The notes under the pieces: generated by a model
The model's database searches: none
The model's input: only the letters and a program-made list of their open reading frames with translations
What the model was told of the DNA's origin: nothing
Part shown: positions 34,006 to 45,923 of the stretch, in pieces
Layout of the letters: each line of letters begins with the position of its first letter
How positions within the stretch are numbered: position 1 is the stretch's first letter
Position numbers and translations under genes: made by a program
Assembly (NCBI GenBank): GCA_963815095.1
Contig: CAWFFH010000008.1
Coordinates: forward strand, 48,986 to 112,985
Origin: Candidatus Bathyarchaeota archaeon
GTDB lineage: Archaea; Thermoproteota; Bathyarchaeia; Bathyarchaeales; Bathycorpusculaceae
DNA length: 64,000 nt
Reading direction: 5' to 3'

Positions 34006-35152
34006 ATGGTTCGTCAAGAAGAGGTCAGAGTTTTTCAAACTGTAGATGACATCAAAGAGTCGATTGATCAAATTTCGAACGATAGTTTCTTTACATATGG
34101 ATGGTTTAAGACTTTAGAATCCTTTGGAATGCTTCCTGAACCGCTTTACTTAACTGCGAGTTATGAAGGGTCAACAATAGCGATCGCACCTTGCTTCATA
34201 GACAAGATTAACGACTTCTTCAGTTGGGGACCAAATATATTGCCTTATCTTCATGGACTCTTGAATGTTAGTCAAAGACTTGGATTATACAAAAGAAACG
34301 TATTATTGTGTTATTCACCAGCTTGTTGTCGTACTAAAATTTTATTTGACGACAACCATAAAGACAAAACAATTCTAAATTTGTTTTCCAAAAAAATCGA
34401 TGATATTTGCAAGGAACAGAAAATTTTGTTCAGCTCATTTCTTTTTGTTTCAGAATTCGACGAACTTTTAATGAAAAATCTTGAAAGTCTAAATTACACG
34501 AAATTTCCTAATATCGTTACTTTTTATCTTGATGTCAACTGGTCAAATTTCGAGGACTATTTGAACAGCCTGAAACCTGGAATGAGAAAAAAAATTAGAC
34601 GTGAGATCAAAAAATGCTCGGAAAATGGTGTGACTATTAAAGAAGAAACAATAACTGAAAATATTGCAGAAAAACTTTCAGAGCTTGGGGCAAATGTTAC
34701 TTCAAAATACAATCCTACAAGCAATAATAAACTCCCCTTCTTTTTTCTTAACACTGCAGAAATATGCAAAGGATAAAATAAGGTTGTTTGTGGCTAGAAA
34801 GAACGATGAAGTTGTTGGTTTTTCCCTTTCGCTGCAACACAAAGATGTACTTGACGTGTACATGTATGGTTCTGATTATGCAGCTCAGACAAATACATTT
34901 TTCACTTATTTCAATCTTGCTTATTACAAACCAATTCAATTAGCAATCGATGAGAAGATAAAGAAAATATATTTTAGATATCTTAACAAAAAAGTAAGGT
35001 TAGATCGTGGCTGCAGACCTGAACAAACCTACTCATTTATTAAATGTCACAATGTATTCCTTCGGCCTTTTATGAATGCTCTGTTAAAAAGCAGACTTTA
35101 CTATAAATTAAAATCACGTTTTCTTCCCGATTATTTCAAAAGAGATCAGTAG
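34006..35152 (+). CDS. FemAB-like GNAT protein (frameshift ~34730)
   Basis: FFTYGWFKTLE, WSNFEDYL.SL...RKKIRRE, FTYFNLAYY.PIQ.AI, RGC.PE. Confidence 0.75.
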
Positions 35153-35305
35153 CTTTATGATTTTAGGACACAAAGTCTACAAAGATTGATCAATATTTGA
35201 ATTATTCAAAATTTCAATTAAAATTCCTCAAGATTAGAAAGACTATTTTACCTTTCTAATAGTTTTAAAATGGCTTGTAGTCAAAATTAAGTGAGGTGGA
35301 CTGAC

Positions 35306-36419
35306 TTATCAATAAAAACAAGAGTTTTCAAAACTGTCGACGAATAGGCAAGACGCGATTGATTCACTGGTTGACGATGGTTTTTTTACTTATGGTTGGC
35401 TCAAAACCCTTGAAACATCTAAACCTCCAATTAAATTGATCCTTTCTATGTGACCGCTTATTATAAACGCAAATTGGTTGCTTTTGCACCTTGTTTTCGC
35501 GATATTGCAGATCAATATTTCCAATATGGCCCAAAAGTAATTCCTTATATGAAAAGAGTCTTGAATATATATAACCGATTACTATTCGTCAAGATCATGT
35601 TTTACTGTGTTACTCGCCTTGGTGTTTTCGTACCAAAGTCTTTTCGATAAGAATCTCGATGAGGGATTACTTTTAAGCAAATATCTGAAAAAATTGATGT
35701 TATTTGTAAGAAGGAGAAAATATTGTTCAGTTCTTTTTTGTTTGTCTCAGAGTTTGACAAAAATTTGATAACGCATCTTGAAAATCTAGGATATTATAAG
35801 TTCTTTTGGCAATCCACTCTTTACATTGATGTTTGTTGGCGAAGCTTCGAGGATTATCTGAAAAGCCTGAGAACCACTGTAAGACACGAAGTTAGAGAGA
35901 AATAAAAAATTGCATAGAAAACGGAATTACTATAGAAGCGGTAACTGATTTCAAGAAACTCTCAAAGATACTATCTGATTTGTCACTAAATCTTTCTTTG
36001 AAATATAACAAGTGGGCACAAAGACTCGAGCCATTTTTCTTTGAATGCTTAAGCGATTATGCAAAAGCTAATACAGTAGTTTTTGTTGCAAAGAAAAATA
36101 ATGTCATAGTAGGTTTTTCATTGTTTATTCGCAAGGGAGAAACACTTGATGCCTTTATAGGCGGCTTCAACTATGAACTTCATCTAAAACTGATTTTACT
36201 TATTTTAATCTAGTTTACTACGCACCGATCAATTGGGCAATAAAAGAAGGTATTCGAAAAATTTATTATCGATGGGGCTCAGAAAAAGCGAAGTACAAAC
36301 GAGGTTGCAAACCAGAAATGATATATTCCTTCGTTAAATGCCACAATAAGCTTGTGAACTCTCAAATTGGCAATTATTTGAAGCTCAGAAATAAAATAGA
36401 GATGCTTAGTAGCCTTTAA
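35306..36419 (+). CDS. FemAB-like GNAT paralog (many frameshifts)
   Basis: FFTYGWLKTLE, APCF, FSSFLFVSEFD, SFEDYLKSL, RGCKPE. Confidence 0.7.
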
Positions 36420-36487
36420 GTAGCTTATTATTTACGAATATGACTGAATCTTGTCATTAAAACGATTTCAGGATTATTTAGAATAAT

Positions 36488-37387
36488 TTACTTTGCTTTA
36501 GTAAGAAAATAAACGTAATAATCCAGCATATTTGTTGGGTCAAACACTTCTTTGCCACTATTCAAACCATAAGCCTTGGTATTTGAGAACCCGGCATCAT
36601 TTAACTGTTTTAGTTGTTCGCTAGGTGTGCTAAAGTAATCTCTAACAAGAAAATCTTTGTATCTAAAATAGGCCATCATGTGTTGTGTTTTTTTTCCAGT
36701 TTGTTTTATGGTTGGCCATACTTTGTGATTTAACAAGAAATTGTACGTGTTTCGATACAATATTGCTGGGTTTTTTGAAAATCTAAAAGGTGGCTTTAGC
36801 TGCCAAGAATTTAGGTTAAGTGTTGAAAAGCAAAAATAACCGCCCCTTCTAAGTACCCTTCGAATCTCACGCAGAATCGCCAGGCGATCTTCATGTTCCA
36901 CAGCGTCTATCCCATTAAAGCTAAACAAGACAAAGTCAAAATAAGCATCGTCAAAAAGGCTTAGATTTCTAGCATCCGCCCACTCAAGTCTATATTTTGG
37001 AAATTTTTCTCGACAAGCCTTTATCAAAGCGCTTGAATAATCAACCCCTACATATTCTTTAACCAAACCTGCAAAATGCTTGGTAGTGCGCCCGGTCCCC
37101 ACTCCAATATCAAGCATCCTAAAAGAAGGCAGTTCATTCCTCAATTCTTCAAGTATAGTCTTTTCAGGGATTTGTAGTTCAGTTTGAGGCAGATAATCAT
37201 CTACGAAATCGTTGGATTCATACACGCGTTTTACTTGAAAGTTACTCGAGTCATTATGCCTTAAAATTAGCGATGCAATTTCTATATTATACTCGAGAAA
37301 TAGCCTGAACGATTTTTTGCCAATTTTTAACATTGCTTTAATTAATATTAGGCTCTTCCCTAAAATCTTTCTCTGCTTGCAGAACAT
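36488..37387 (-). CDS. Class I SAM-dependent methyltransferase
   Basis: MLDIGVGTGRTT, GVDYS, FDFVLFSFNGID, GGYFCFST; real start probably downstream of the ORF start. Confidence 0.85.
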   Translation of the reverse strand: MFCKQRKILGKSLILIKAMLKIGKKSFRLFLEYNIEIASLILRHNDSSNFQVKRVYESNDFVDDYLPQTELQIPEKTILEELRNELPSFRMLDIGVGTGRTTKHFAGLVKEYVGVDYSSALIKACREKFPKYRLEWADARNLSLFDDAYFDFVLFSFNGIDAVEHEDRLAILREIRRVLRRGGYFCFSTLNLNSWQLKPPFRFSKNPAILYRNTYNFLLNHKVWPTIKQTGKKTQHMMAYFRYKDFLVRDYFSTPSEQLKQLNDAGFSNTKAYGLNSGKEVFDPTNMLDYYVYFLTKAK

Positions 37388-37586
37388 AACAAAAATTTTT
37401 GTTGTTTCGAGAGTAACTCTCCCCTATTATTAAATCTCAATACTGATTATTTGTTTGACTGTTTTGTTGAATCTGAATGATTTGAGAGGTAAACTTGGTT
37501 CCCAAAAGAAAAGCTGAATCACCTTTAATATAATCCAAAAAGCTTAAGAATGTAAAATCACCATTCGTGATTCAGTAGGTATACAA

Positions 37587-38442
37587 TTGCAACTTCTAAA
37601 TTTTGTCAAATCCAGCAAAGAAGTTGTCCAACAAGTTATTACTCAGAACGTCATAACCACTGCTAACAACAAAATTGTCTATGAGTCAGAAGATATTATA
37701 AGATTTTACACAGAACAAAACGACCTCCAAAAACCAGAAACAACGATATTAACAGAATTAAGAAATAAGCTGCCCAAGATGCGTATGCTCGATATTGGTG
37801 TTGGCGGAGGCCGAACCACCACACACTTCGCGTTTTTAGCCAAGGAATATCTTGGAATAGATTACTCCAGCCAAATGATAAACGCTTGCATCAAAAAATT
37901 CCATGGTTCCCCCCAAAAAATTTCTTTCCTTACGGCTGACGCAAGAACAATGAAGAGTTTCAAAGATAATTCATTTGATTTTGTCCTTTTTAGCTTCAAT
38001 GGCATTGATTATATGGATCATGAAGATAGGCTGGCATCTCTGCGTGAAATACGACGACTCATCAGATCAGGTGGTTATTTTTGCTTTTCAACACACAATT
38101 TAAACTTCCTATCAAACAAATGCTCAATTCAATTATCAAAACACCCTTCTATACTTGCATCACGCACGTACAAGCTTTTGCAGATGCGTCTTCTAAACGA
38201 AAAAAGACGCTTGGAAAACAATTAGAGACTCTTCACAAAATCCACGTCATCATATGGTCAATGACGGAGCTCATAATTTTCAGTTGAAGACTTACTACAT
38301 CACACCAATTGAGCAAATCAAACAGCTAAGCGAATTGGGTTTTTCAGATATCAAAATGTATAGCTTAGCGGATGGACAAGAGATTAAGAATCCAAGTAAA
38401 GCAATGGATCACTGGGTTTACTTTTTATCCAAAGCTTCTTGA
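37587..38442 (+). CDS. Class I SAM-dependent methyltransferase, paralog of the divergent neighbour (frameshift ~38205)
   Basis: MLDIGVGGGRTT, FDFVLFSFNGID, GGYFCFSTHN. Confidence 0.85.
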
Positions 38443-38510
38443 AGATGCTGTATATTTTAAATTCGACGCATTATTCGATTTGAAAGTTATTGAAATAATC
38501 GTGTGGGTGA

Positions 38511-39637
38511 TTGAGAATGACAAGAAATCCTTCTAGAGTGTTAGGCAACCAGCAAAAACCCATAGGGCAAAAAGGTGTTTCAATCGTAAGTGTGCGTCCA
38601 GCCTCCATTTCGGAATGGGATCTGATTTGGCATGAATGTGAATATTCAACATATTTCCACTCTAGGGAATGGGCTGAAATATGGAGCAAATACACAAATA
38701 GAAAGATGTTCTTAAGCCCTTTTCTTGTTTCGTTCTCAGATGGCAAAAAAGCTTTACTGCCTTTTTCATGCAGAAAAAACGAAGGATTAACACCAATTTT
38801 AACTGGCTCAACTAGACTGTACATCTCCTCCCCTGAGTGCACTTACGGCGGTTGGATCTCTGCAAATGAACTAGGCACTAATCATGCGATCTTGTTGTTA
38901 AATTTGATAAAAAAGAAATTTAACAATTTGTCTTGGAGGTTAAACCCTTATGATTATACCGCTTTAAATTCAGGAGTTTCTATCACCGATGAGGGTGAAA
39001 CTCATGCAATTAACTTGGAAGAAGGATTTGACGTGATTGCATCAAACATGTCTAAGGGTCATAGAAGTGCTGTGAAACAGGCAATTCGAAGTGGGGTTTC
39101 AGTAAGACGTTCTTCCTCAATTGAGGATTGGTTAAATTATTATCGGGTTTACGAAACCTCTGTTGACAGATGGGGGAATCGGTTGCTAGGTGAGAAATAT
39201 TCCTGGGAACTCTTCCGCGACTTCTTTGCAAGGAATTCGCCGAATGTCGAACTTTGGTTAGCTATTTATCAAGATGCTGTTATTTCAGGGGCACTTTGTT
39301 TTCACTCAAAAAGACATTTTGTTTATTGGCATGGTGCATCAACAGATACTTACTTCACTCTTAGACCAGTGAATCTTCTTTTGTACGAAGTCATTAAGAA
39401 TGCATGCGAAAGAAAGTTTACTTGGTTTGATTTCAATCCAAGCGCTGGGCTTAAAGGGGTAATTGCGTTTAAAGAAAGATTTGGGCACAAGCTTTGAAAT
39501 GTCCTATTGTTAGGTTGAAGCCTAAGAATATGCGCACAGTTGCTATAGCGACAATTGGAGGCAAAATTGGTGAAATCAAAAAGCGAACAAAGTTTGCTTT
39601 GCCCACGCCATTTTTAAAAATCATCTTCAACGACTAA
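38511..39637 (+). CDS. FemAB/FemX-like GNAT protein (frameshift ~39485)
   Basis: STYFHSREW, YGG, YWHGAS, PVNLL, FDFNPS.GL.GV..FKERFG. Confidence 0.75.
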
Positions 39638-39907
39638 AAATTCAAAGATTTGTTAAGCTAAAGAAGGGTTCAAACAATAGTGGGGCACAATTTTTCTACA
39701 ATATCTAATCCCTCGTTCATAAAAGTGCGAACTTTGATTTTAGATGCACCCCTTATTTCATCCTCTCACTTTTTAAACTTTAATTAAAGACTAGATGAAA
39801 ACAGAGTTTTATTGGATTTTTTAAAGGTTAATGTTCAGCCTCAATGGGACCTTAGTAATCGTTTTTAATTGACTTTAAAATTTATTTGAATTTACTCTAC
39901 AATTTGG

Positions 39908-39925
39908 TTTTTTTTTTTTTTTTTT
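39908..39925 (+). terminator. T18 tract, possible archaeal terminator
   Basis: 18 consecutive T in the intergenic region; length may be a sequencing artefact. Confidence 0.35.
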
Positions 39926-40073
39926 ATTTCGTATATCATATCGGGAATTAGAGAGATTTGGGAATAATGTTTTTATTCAAAGTGTTCATTCTCGTTATGA
40001 AATCAGAATTAATCAAGTCAAAAACAAAAACTCGGCGTCATCTTACTTTATAAGGGGGTTATGAGGGAAAATC

Positions 40074-41645
40074 ATGGATAAAGCAACGGAAATGGGTAAG
40101 ACTTCAGCTATTGATAGCTTACAATTGTTCCTTGGCACATCGATTTCTACTATAATTCGGGCGGTAGGAGCGATAGTACTTGGAATATTCATTCTTCCAG
40201 GAGACTATGGATTATATGTTGTTGCATTGATTCCAACAACAACTTTGCTCTATTCCAGGATTGGGGTATAGGTTCCGCTTTGACAAGACACATCGCCAAA
40301 TACAGAGCGACAAATGAAGCAGCGGAACAGCGGAAAGTAATAATTGCTGGATTAATCTTTCGCTTGTAACAGGTTTGGTTTTAACTGTTGTCTCATTTTT
40401 TAGCTAATTTCTTTGCATAACGTCTATAAAAAACCGGCATCTGCTTTCTTGATGACTCTTGCTTCAGTCACATTCTTTCAGGAGCAATATCACTGGGTGT
40501 AGCAAGTGTGTTTACAGGTTTTGAGCAGATGAAGCTCAACAGTTACTTAGCTGTTATCTTATGCAATAGTGTAAAGTTTATTGGCTCCTTTATTAGTATT
40601 TTTGGGTATGGCGCCACGGGTGCTATAATTGGTTATACTTCAGCTTCGGTGGTTCAAGGAGTAATTTCATTGATCTTCCTCTATTTCTTTATATTCAGAA
40701 AACTTCCTGTCTATAAAATAAACAAGTCTGAAATAATTCAAACACTAAAGTCATTACTAAGCTATGGGGTTCCTTTAGGAATAGGTGCCATCGTAGGCAA
40801 TTTAGGCGGTCCAGATTTTCTCTTTTCTTATGGCTTCATACGTTAATGAAGTGATGATAGGAAATTACAAAATTGCAGCTAATTTTATAATTCTTTTGAG
40901 TTTTCTTACAGTTCCCATCAGTACCGTTTTGTTTCCTGCATTCTCCAAATTGGATCCCCGAAAGGAGAAAAGTCTTCTTAAAACCGTATTTGCCTCATCC
41001 GTTAAGTATACAGTTCTTCTTTTGGTTCCCGCCGCTATGGCTATGGTTGTCCTTGCAACACCACTTATCGGAACACTTTATGGAAACAAATGGTCCTTCG
41101 CTCCGCCTTTTCTCGCTGTTAAGGTAGTGTTTTATTTGCTCTCGCTTTTCGGTTTGCGCAGTATGGGTAGCCTCTTATAGGCGATGGGCGAAACAAGACT
41201 GTTAATGGACAAAGTGTTCTGCTAGTCTTATCTTAGGGATTCCTGTGGCTTTTCTTTTAGTTCCTTCCATAGGAATAATTGGGATGATAATCGGTCTCCA
41301 AGTCGCAGCTTTGCCAAGCACATTCATCGGACTATATTAAATATGGAAACACTATGGAGCCAAAGCCGATTTTGGTGCTTCAGCAAAAATCCTTCTTGCA
41401 TCTTTTCTTGCTGCAGGACCGTTTATCTTTTCCTTCCTTTTTTATCCGCTGCCTTTTGGGTCTTATTAATTGCGGGTTTAATTCTATTTTTGGTGGTTTA
41501 TCTAATTTCTGCTCCATTAGTTGGTGCAATCAATCAATCAGATGTTAACAATCTTAAAACAATGTTTTCCAGTTTGGGTCATAATATCAAGACTACTGAG
41601 AATACCGTTGAGGATAATGGAAAAACTATAAAAATACGCAACTAA
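40074..41645 (+). CDS. MOP-superfamily oligosaccharide flippase (Wzx/RfbX-like), many frameshifts
   Basis: L..GDYGLY, DWGIGSALTRHIA, YGVPL, IGNY.IA, TVLFPAFSKL, LIGTLYG.KW; many TM segments. Confidence 0.8.
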
Positions 41646-41960
41646 AACCCGGAAGAAAGTCGATAATGTGACTTTTTTTTTCGCTGTAGTTGACTTTATT
41701 TCCAATTTTGAAAATTTGAAAAACTTTAACACTTTTTTAACTTCCTCAAATACTACTCCATTTCAATAAATATGCACATCAAAATACAGTTCCTTCTACT
41801 ATACTTGAGACTTTAAAATTTGTCTGAATTTTGCTTATCATTCGAGATTTTCTTTTCTTTTTAATTTAAATATCGAAATGTGTAAAGAGATATTTTTTTT
41901 CTTTTCTATAATTATTAATAAATTTTGAAAAAAAAAAAGAAAGGTTGAAATGATTCTACG

Positions 41961-43666
41961 TTAAGGGTTAACGTAGAATGTTGTGTCTGAAAGCCATGCG
42001 TAAGTGTTGTCGGTTAGACTGCGAGCATCAAACCATGGAACCATTGAACTAATCTGCACTGGATTGACAGAGTGAACACCGTAATTGCCTGCTGCACCGT
42101 TCGTGACATATGTGTAGTATGTTGTTGGAACGTAAATATCCCATGTCAGTAATGTCCAACCGTTACCCCATGGAAGACGTGCTACGCCAGCCATGTTCTC
42201 GACATCATTGGGGTGTCCTGCCTGATGGCCAACAGCGTCAATGGTGGCTATTCCGTAACCTTGTGAGCTTTGGATGTAGAAATCCATTCCAATTCGTGCC
42301 CCAGCACAAAGATCACTGCTTGCGTAAGAAGCAGTTTTTACCCATGCTGAAAACACAATGTGGTCTCCTGGTCGTACTTTTATCCATGCTCCGTCTACTT
42401 CTCTTGATCCTCTAACGTAGTCTGGTCCTACTTTGATGCTCGGATTTCCGTTGTGTAATGTGTTGTAGTCAAGTGAAGCGTAAGAAGAAGCGGCGCCTTT
42501 CATGTCCGGATAGAACACACTAAGCGGCATCAAATTAGGAGACGATGAGCCAGTTTGTGTTTGGGGGTTGTTTGTTGGTGTTGGTGTGGGTGTAGGTGTT
42601 TGGTGTTTGTGTTTGAGTTTGGGATTGGGTTGCTGATTGGTAGATTGTTATTTCTACTATGTGGGCTGCTAAGTTTGCTGTGTTGCCGGTTACGGTTATT
42701 TTGACGTATTTTGCTGTTGTTGGGTTGAATGTGTCTGTGACTGTGCTGGCTCCGGTTTTGGTTGATACTATTGTGTTCCAGTTTGAGCCGTCGGTTGATG
42801 CTTGTATGTTGTAGGTGTATGTTCTTGAGTCGCCGTCGTAGAAGTGGGTGGTGATTTGGCTGATGGTGGTTTGTGTTCCTAGGTTGAGTTGTAGCCATTG
42901 TGGTAGTTTGCCGGGTAATCATGGCGTTTGTTCCCCAGTAATTCCAGGTTGTGTCATCTCCGTCTATGGCTATGTTTGGTGTGTGGGTGCTGTCGTATGA
43001 GGAGGCGGTTACGCTTGACACTTCAACTTGGCTAGATGAAGTCGATTGTGTTTGGGGGTTGTTTGTTGGTGTTGGTGTGGGTGTAGGTGTTTGGGTTTGT
43101 GTTTGGGTTTGGGTTTGGGTTGCTGATTGGTAGACTGTTATTTCTACTATGTGGGCTGCTAAGTTTGCTGTGTTGCCGGTTACGGTTATTTTGACGTATT
43201 TTGCTGTTGTTGGGTTGAATGTGTCTGTGACTGTGTTGGCTCCGGTTTTGGTTGATACTATTGTGTTCCAGTTTGAGCCGTCGGTTGATGCTTGTATGTT
43301 GTAGGTGTATGTTCTTGAGTCGCCGTCGTAGAAGTGGGTGGTGATTTGGCTGATGGTGGTTTGTGTTCCTAGGTTGAGTTGTAGCCATTGTGGTAGTTTG
43401 GTAATCATGGCGTTTGTTCCCCAGTAATTCCAGGTTGTGTCATCTCCGTCTATGGCTATGTTTGGTGTGTGGGTGCTGTCGTATGAGGAGGCGGTTACGC
43501 TTGACACTTCAACTTGATTCAATGAATTTGCTGCTTGGACTGCGCTTGATGAGACCGCTAATAGTATACTTATGACGAAAAGTGCGCTGATGAATAGAGC
43601 TGTTGGTTTTGAGAGTTTTCTAAGGCTAATTGAGTGCTGCTTTTTCTTTAAGTTAGTTGTTTTCAC
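41961..43666 (-). CDS. Secreted protein: signal peptide, 2 x F5/8 type C (discoidin/CBM32) domains, QT/PT linkers, CBM-like C-terminal domain (frameshifts in copy 2)
   Basis: VTASS, AIDGD..T.W, PQWLQLNLG, Y.IQASTDG.NW, AKYVKIT, IVEI.VY; linker TQTGSSSPNLMPL is in frame with 41961-42533. Confidence 0.8.
42556..43516. repeat. Near-identical ~470-bp tandem duplication (42556-43029 and 43047-43516)
   Basis: Copies differ by a few substitutions, a 4-nt insertion at ~42911 and a 1-nt insertion at ~42604. Confidence 0.9.
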
Positions 43667-44053
43667 TTTATTTTCTCTCTTCCTGAGTTTTTGAGCTTAT
43701 TTAGAATTGATCTATTTTATAGTTTTTTGAAAAATCTACTAACGTCGATTGTCAATTTCAATCTAAGTTTGCAAAGTCAAGTTAACACAGTTTGTGAAGT
43801 GCAGCTAGATCATGCTTTAAAAGAAAGGTTGCAGATTTTGTATAATTAGAAAAAGCACTACATCTTTAACAACTTTATTTTCAATGCAACACGACATTTG
43901 AGTATCGTTAAAAAGTAAGGCGTATATTCCAATAGCGCTGCGTCGCCCATGATTGCTTTTCTTGTCTTTATTTTTTAGTATTTTCGAAATATTATATTCA
44001 CATAGTACTATTCGAAAGGTCTATGAGTTTCATTCGTAAATTAAGCGTAGAGG

Positions 44054-44548
44054 ATGCCAAGTTTGATAACAAAAATTCTTGTGGGCGTAGATGGTTCAGA
44101 AAATTCGGAAAAAGCGTTAAATTACGCGCTTGAAGTCGCCGAAAAGTTTTCAGCATCCGTTTTCGTAATCAATGTTTTTCAGCTGCCTCCAGAGTTTGAA
44201 TATCAACCGGCAATGGGGCAACAGTTTCCCACGTCCGGGTCCTCTCAAGAGCAAATGGGTAATCAGTCAAACGCGGTCTCTTTTATTAACGATCTTCGAA
44301 GAATACATGAGGCGGTTTTGGTCAGATCTATTGAAAAAGCCACTAACCTAAAGCCTAATCTTGAAATTACATCTGAACTCAAGGAAGGAGACGCAGCATC
44401 GCAGATAGTTGAAACTGCTACAAACGGTCAATTTGACCTGATAGTTTTAGGTCATCGAGGGAATAGTAAAATCAGTGAATTCTTTTTGGGTAGCACAAGC
44501 GAAAAGGTTGCTCATACGGCGAAATGTCCGGTGTTAATTACTAAATGA
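44054..44548 (+). CDS. Universal stress protein (UspA family)
   Basis: KILVGVDGSE.S..AL, DLIVLGHRG, LGSTSEKV...AKCPVL. Confidence 0.95.
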   Translation: MPSLITKILVGVDGSENSEKALNYALEVAEKFSASVFVINVFQLPPEFEYQPAMGQQFPTSGSSQEQMGNQSNAVSFINDLRRIHEAVLVRSIEKATNLKPNLEITSELKEGDAASQIVETATNGQFDLIVLGHRGNSKISEFFLGSTSEKVAHTAKCPVLITK

Positions 44549-44817
44549 AACTTTCATTTCTAAGAAGATTCGGATAAAGCCTAAGCTTCAAGTCGCGTAC
44601 CTGTCAGGATCTTCTTAATTGTTACCTAACAATATTAGTAAAATTGTTGCAAATAAATCTGGAATACTTGCTTTGGGCAAAGAAGAATAAGGTTTAAATA
44701 ATAAACTCAAAACTTTCAGTTTTAAGGTTGAAATAATACATTTAATAGCAATTAGGGTAATTAGGGTAATTAATAAAATCACAAAACCACAAAGATCGGA
44801 GGAGTGTGCATTTTGGA

Positions 44818-45457
44818 TTGTCTAAAATCTTAACGCCCAACGAATCAATAAAAGACGATATAGTCAAAACTTGTGCGAGAGCAAAAACCTGCAACAACAA
44901 GCCAACTAATAGGACTTATCCAAAGTGCAACTAACCTGTCCGAAAAAGAAATTATCAATCTGCTTAATCAACTTGAAGCGGAAGACAAAATTCACTTCAA
45001 CCTAAGACCAGAAGCAACTTCTTTTTCATTTGGATCCTACCTTTTTTCATCCAAGTCATCGTGGTATTGGACTATAATAGTAGTTGCTTTAGTTACAACT
45101 TTAACAGTTTTTGTTGTTCCTCAAGATTGGTATCCTTTGGTGTATGTTCGCAATTTTCTTGGGGTGGTGTTTGTGTTGTTTTTGCCTGGGTATGCTTTTG
45201 TAAAGGCCTTTTTCCAAAAGAAGGTTCCATTCAAGACGTCTTCAGAAAGTTTCGATAATATCGAACGTGTGGTTTTGAGTATTGGATTGAGTTTAGCCCT
45301 CTCGCCCATTGTAAGTTTGGTATTCTATTACACTCCTCTTGGTATGGGTCTTATCCCAATAACTTTGAGTTTGTTGGCTTTGATTTCGTTTTTTGCTACT
45401 GTAGCCGTAGCTCGAGAATACCTATCAAAATCGAATAGTATTCAACGAATTTATTGA
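44818..45457 (+). CDS. DUF1616-like membrane protein
   Basis: R..LG..FVLFLPGYA, IERVVLSIGLSLA, YTP.G; 5' end joined across a 1-nt insertion ~44868. Confidence 0.7.
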
Positions 45458-45536
45458 TAACTTCAAGATGCTTTTTTGTGCAAATTTTTATAAGAACACA
45501 TCCCCCTTTAGTTTCAAAACATAGGAAACAAATCTT

Positions 45537-45785
45537 ATGGTTGCATCCCTAAAACTGATTTTTGTAAAAGTTGTTGGAGAATTTCTTTTCTTATTTGGCT
45601 TGTTAGCATGGATCTACGGAGTACTCATCCAGCTAATCCATCCTGAATGGCTACCTCTTAGTCTATCTCATCTTGTAATGTGGATTCGTGTAGACACTTT
45701 TACAATATTAAGCTTCATTGTTGCTGCTTTTGGTTTCCTTGTATGGAGGATTGCTGAAGAGCTGTTGAGATTAAATAGAAAATAG
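45537..45785 (+). CDS. Small two-TM hypothetical protein
   Basis: 82-aa ORF with two hydrophobic segments; TATA-like TTTTATAA upstream. Confidence 0.6.
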   Translation: MVASLKLIFVKVVGEFLFLFGLLAWIYGVLIQLIHPEWLPLSLSHLVMWIRVDTFTILSFIVAAFGFLVWRIAEELLRLNRK

Positions 45786-45923
45786 TGATGTCTACCAAAG
45801 TTAATTGGAAAATTGTGCGTTGCTAAGGGAAAAAACACTAACGAATACATTCTTAGTGGGAATAAACTTTAAAAATAGGTTCGAGTCTTAAGATGCAATA
45901 AAGTTAAATAAAGGTATCTCAAA

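Noticed and set aside
41178-41180. In-frame TAG in the flippase as pyrrolysine or recoding
   Set aside because: Single instance in an error-rich gene, best explained as CAG to TAG; TAG is used as a normal stop elsewhere and no pyl genes are seen.
43032-43388. His/Asn/Gln-rich ORF (and the similar tail of 42530-43666)
   Set aside because: Alternative-frame reading of the AC-rich discoidin repeat.
42556-43516. DGR template/variable repeat pair
   Set aside because: No reverse transcriptase; differences are few and mostly indels; both copies are coding domains in tandem.
9125-43666. Programmed ribosomal frameshifting across split genes
   Set aside because: Breaks are numerous, go in both directions, share no slippery motif, and intact paralogs exist.
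44749-44772. TTAGGG-containing 9-bp tandem repeat
   Set aside because: Only ~2.5 copies; likely local slippage with no telomeric meaning.
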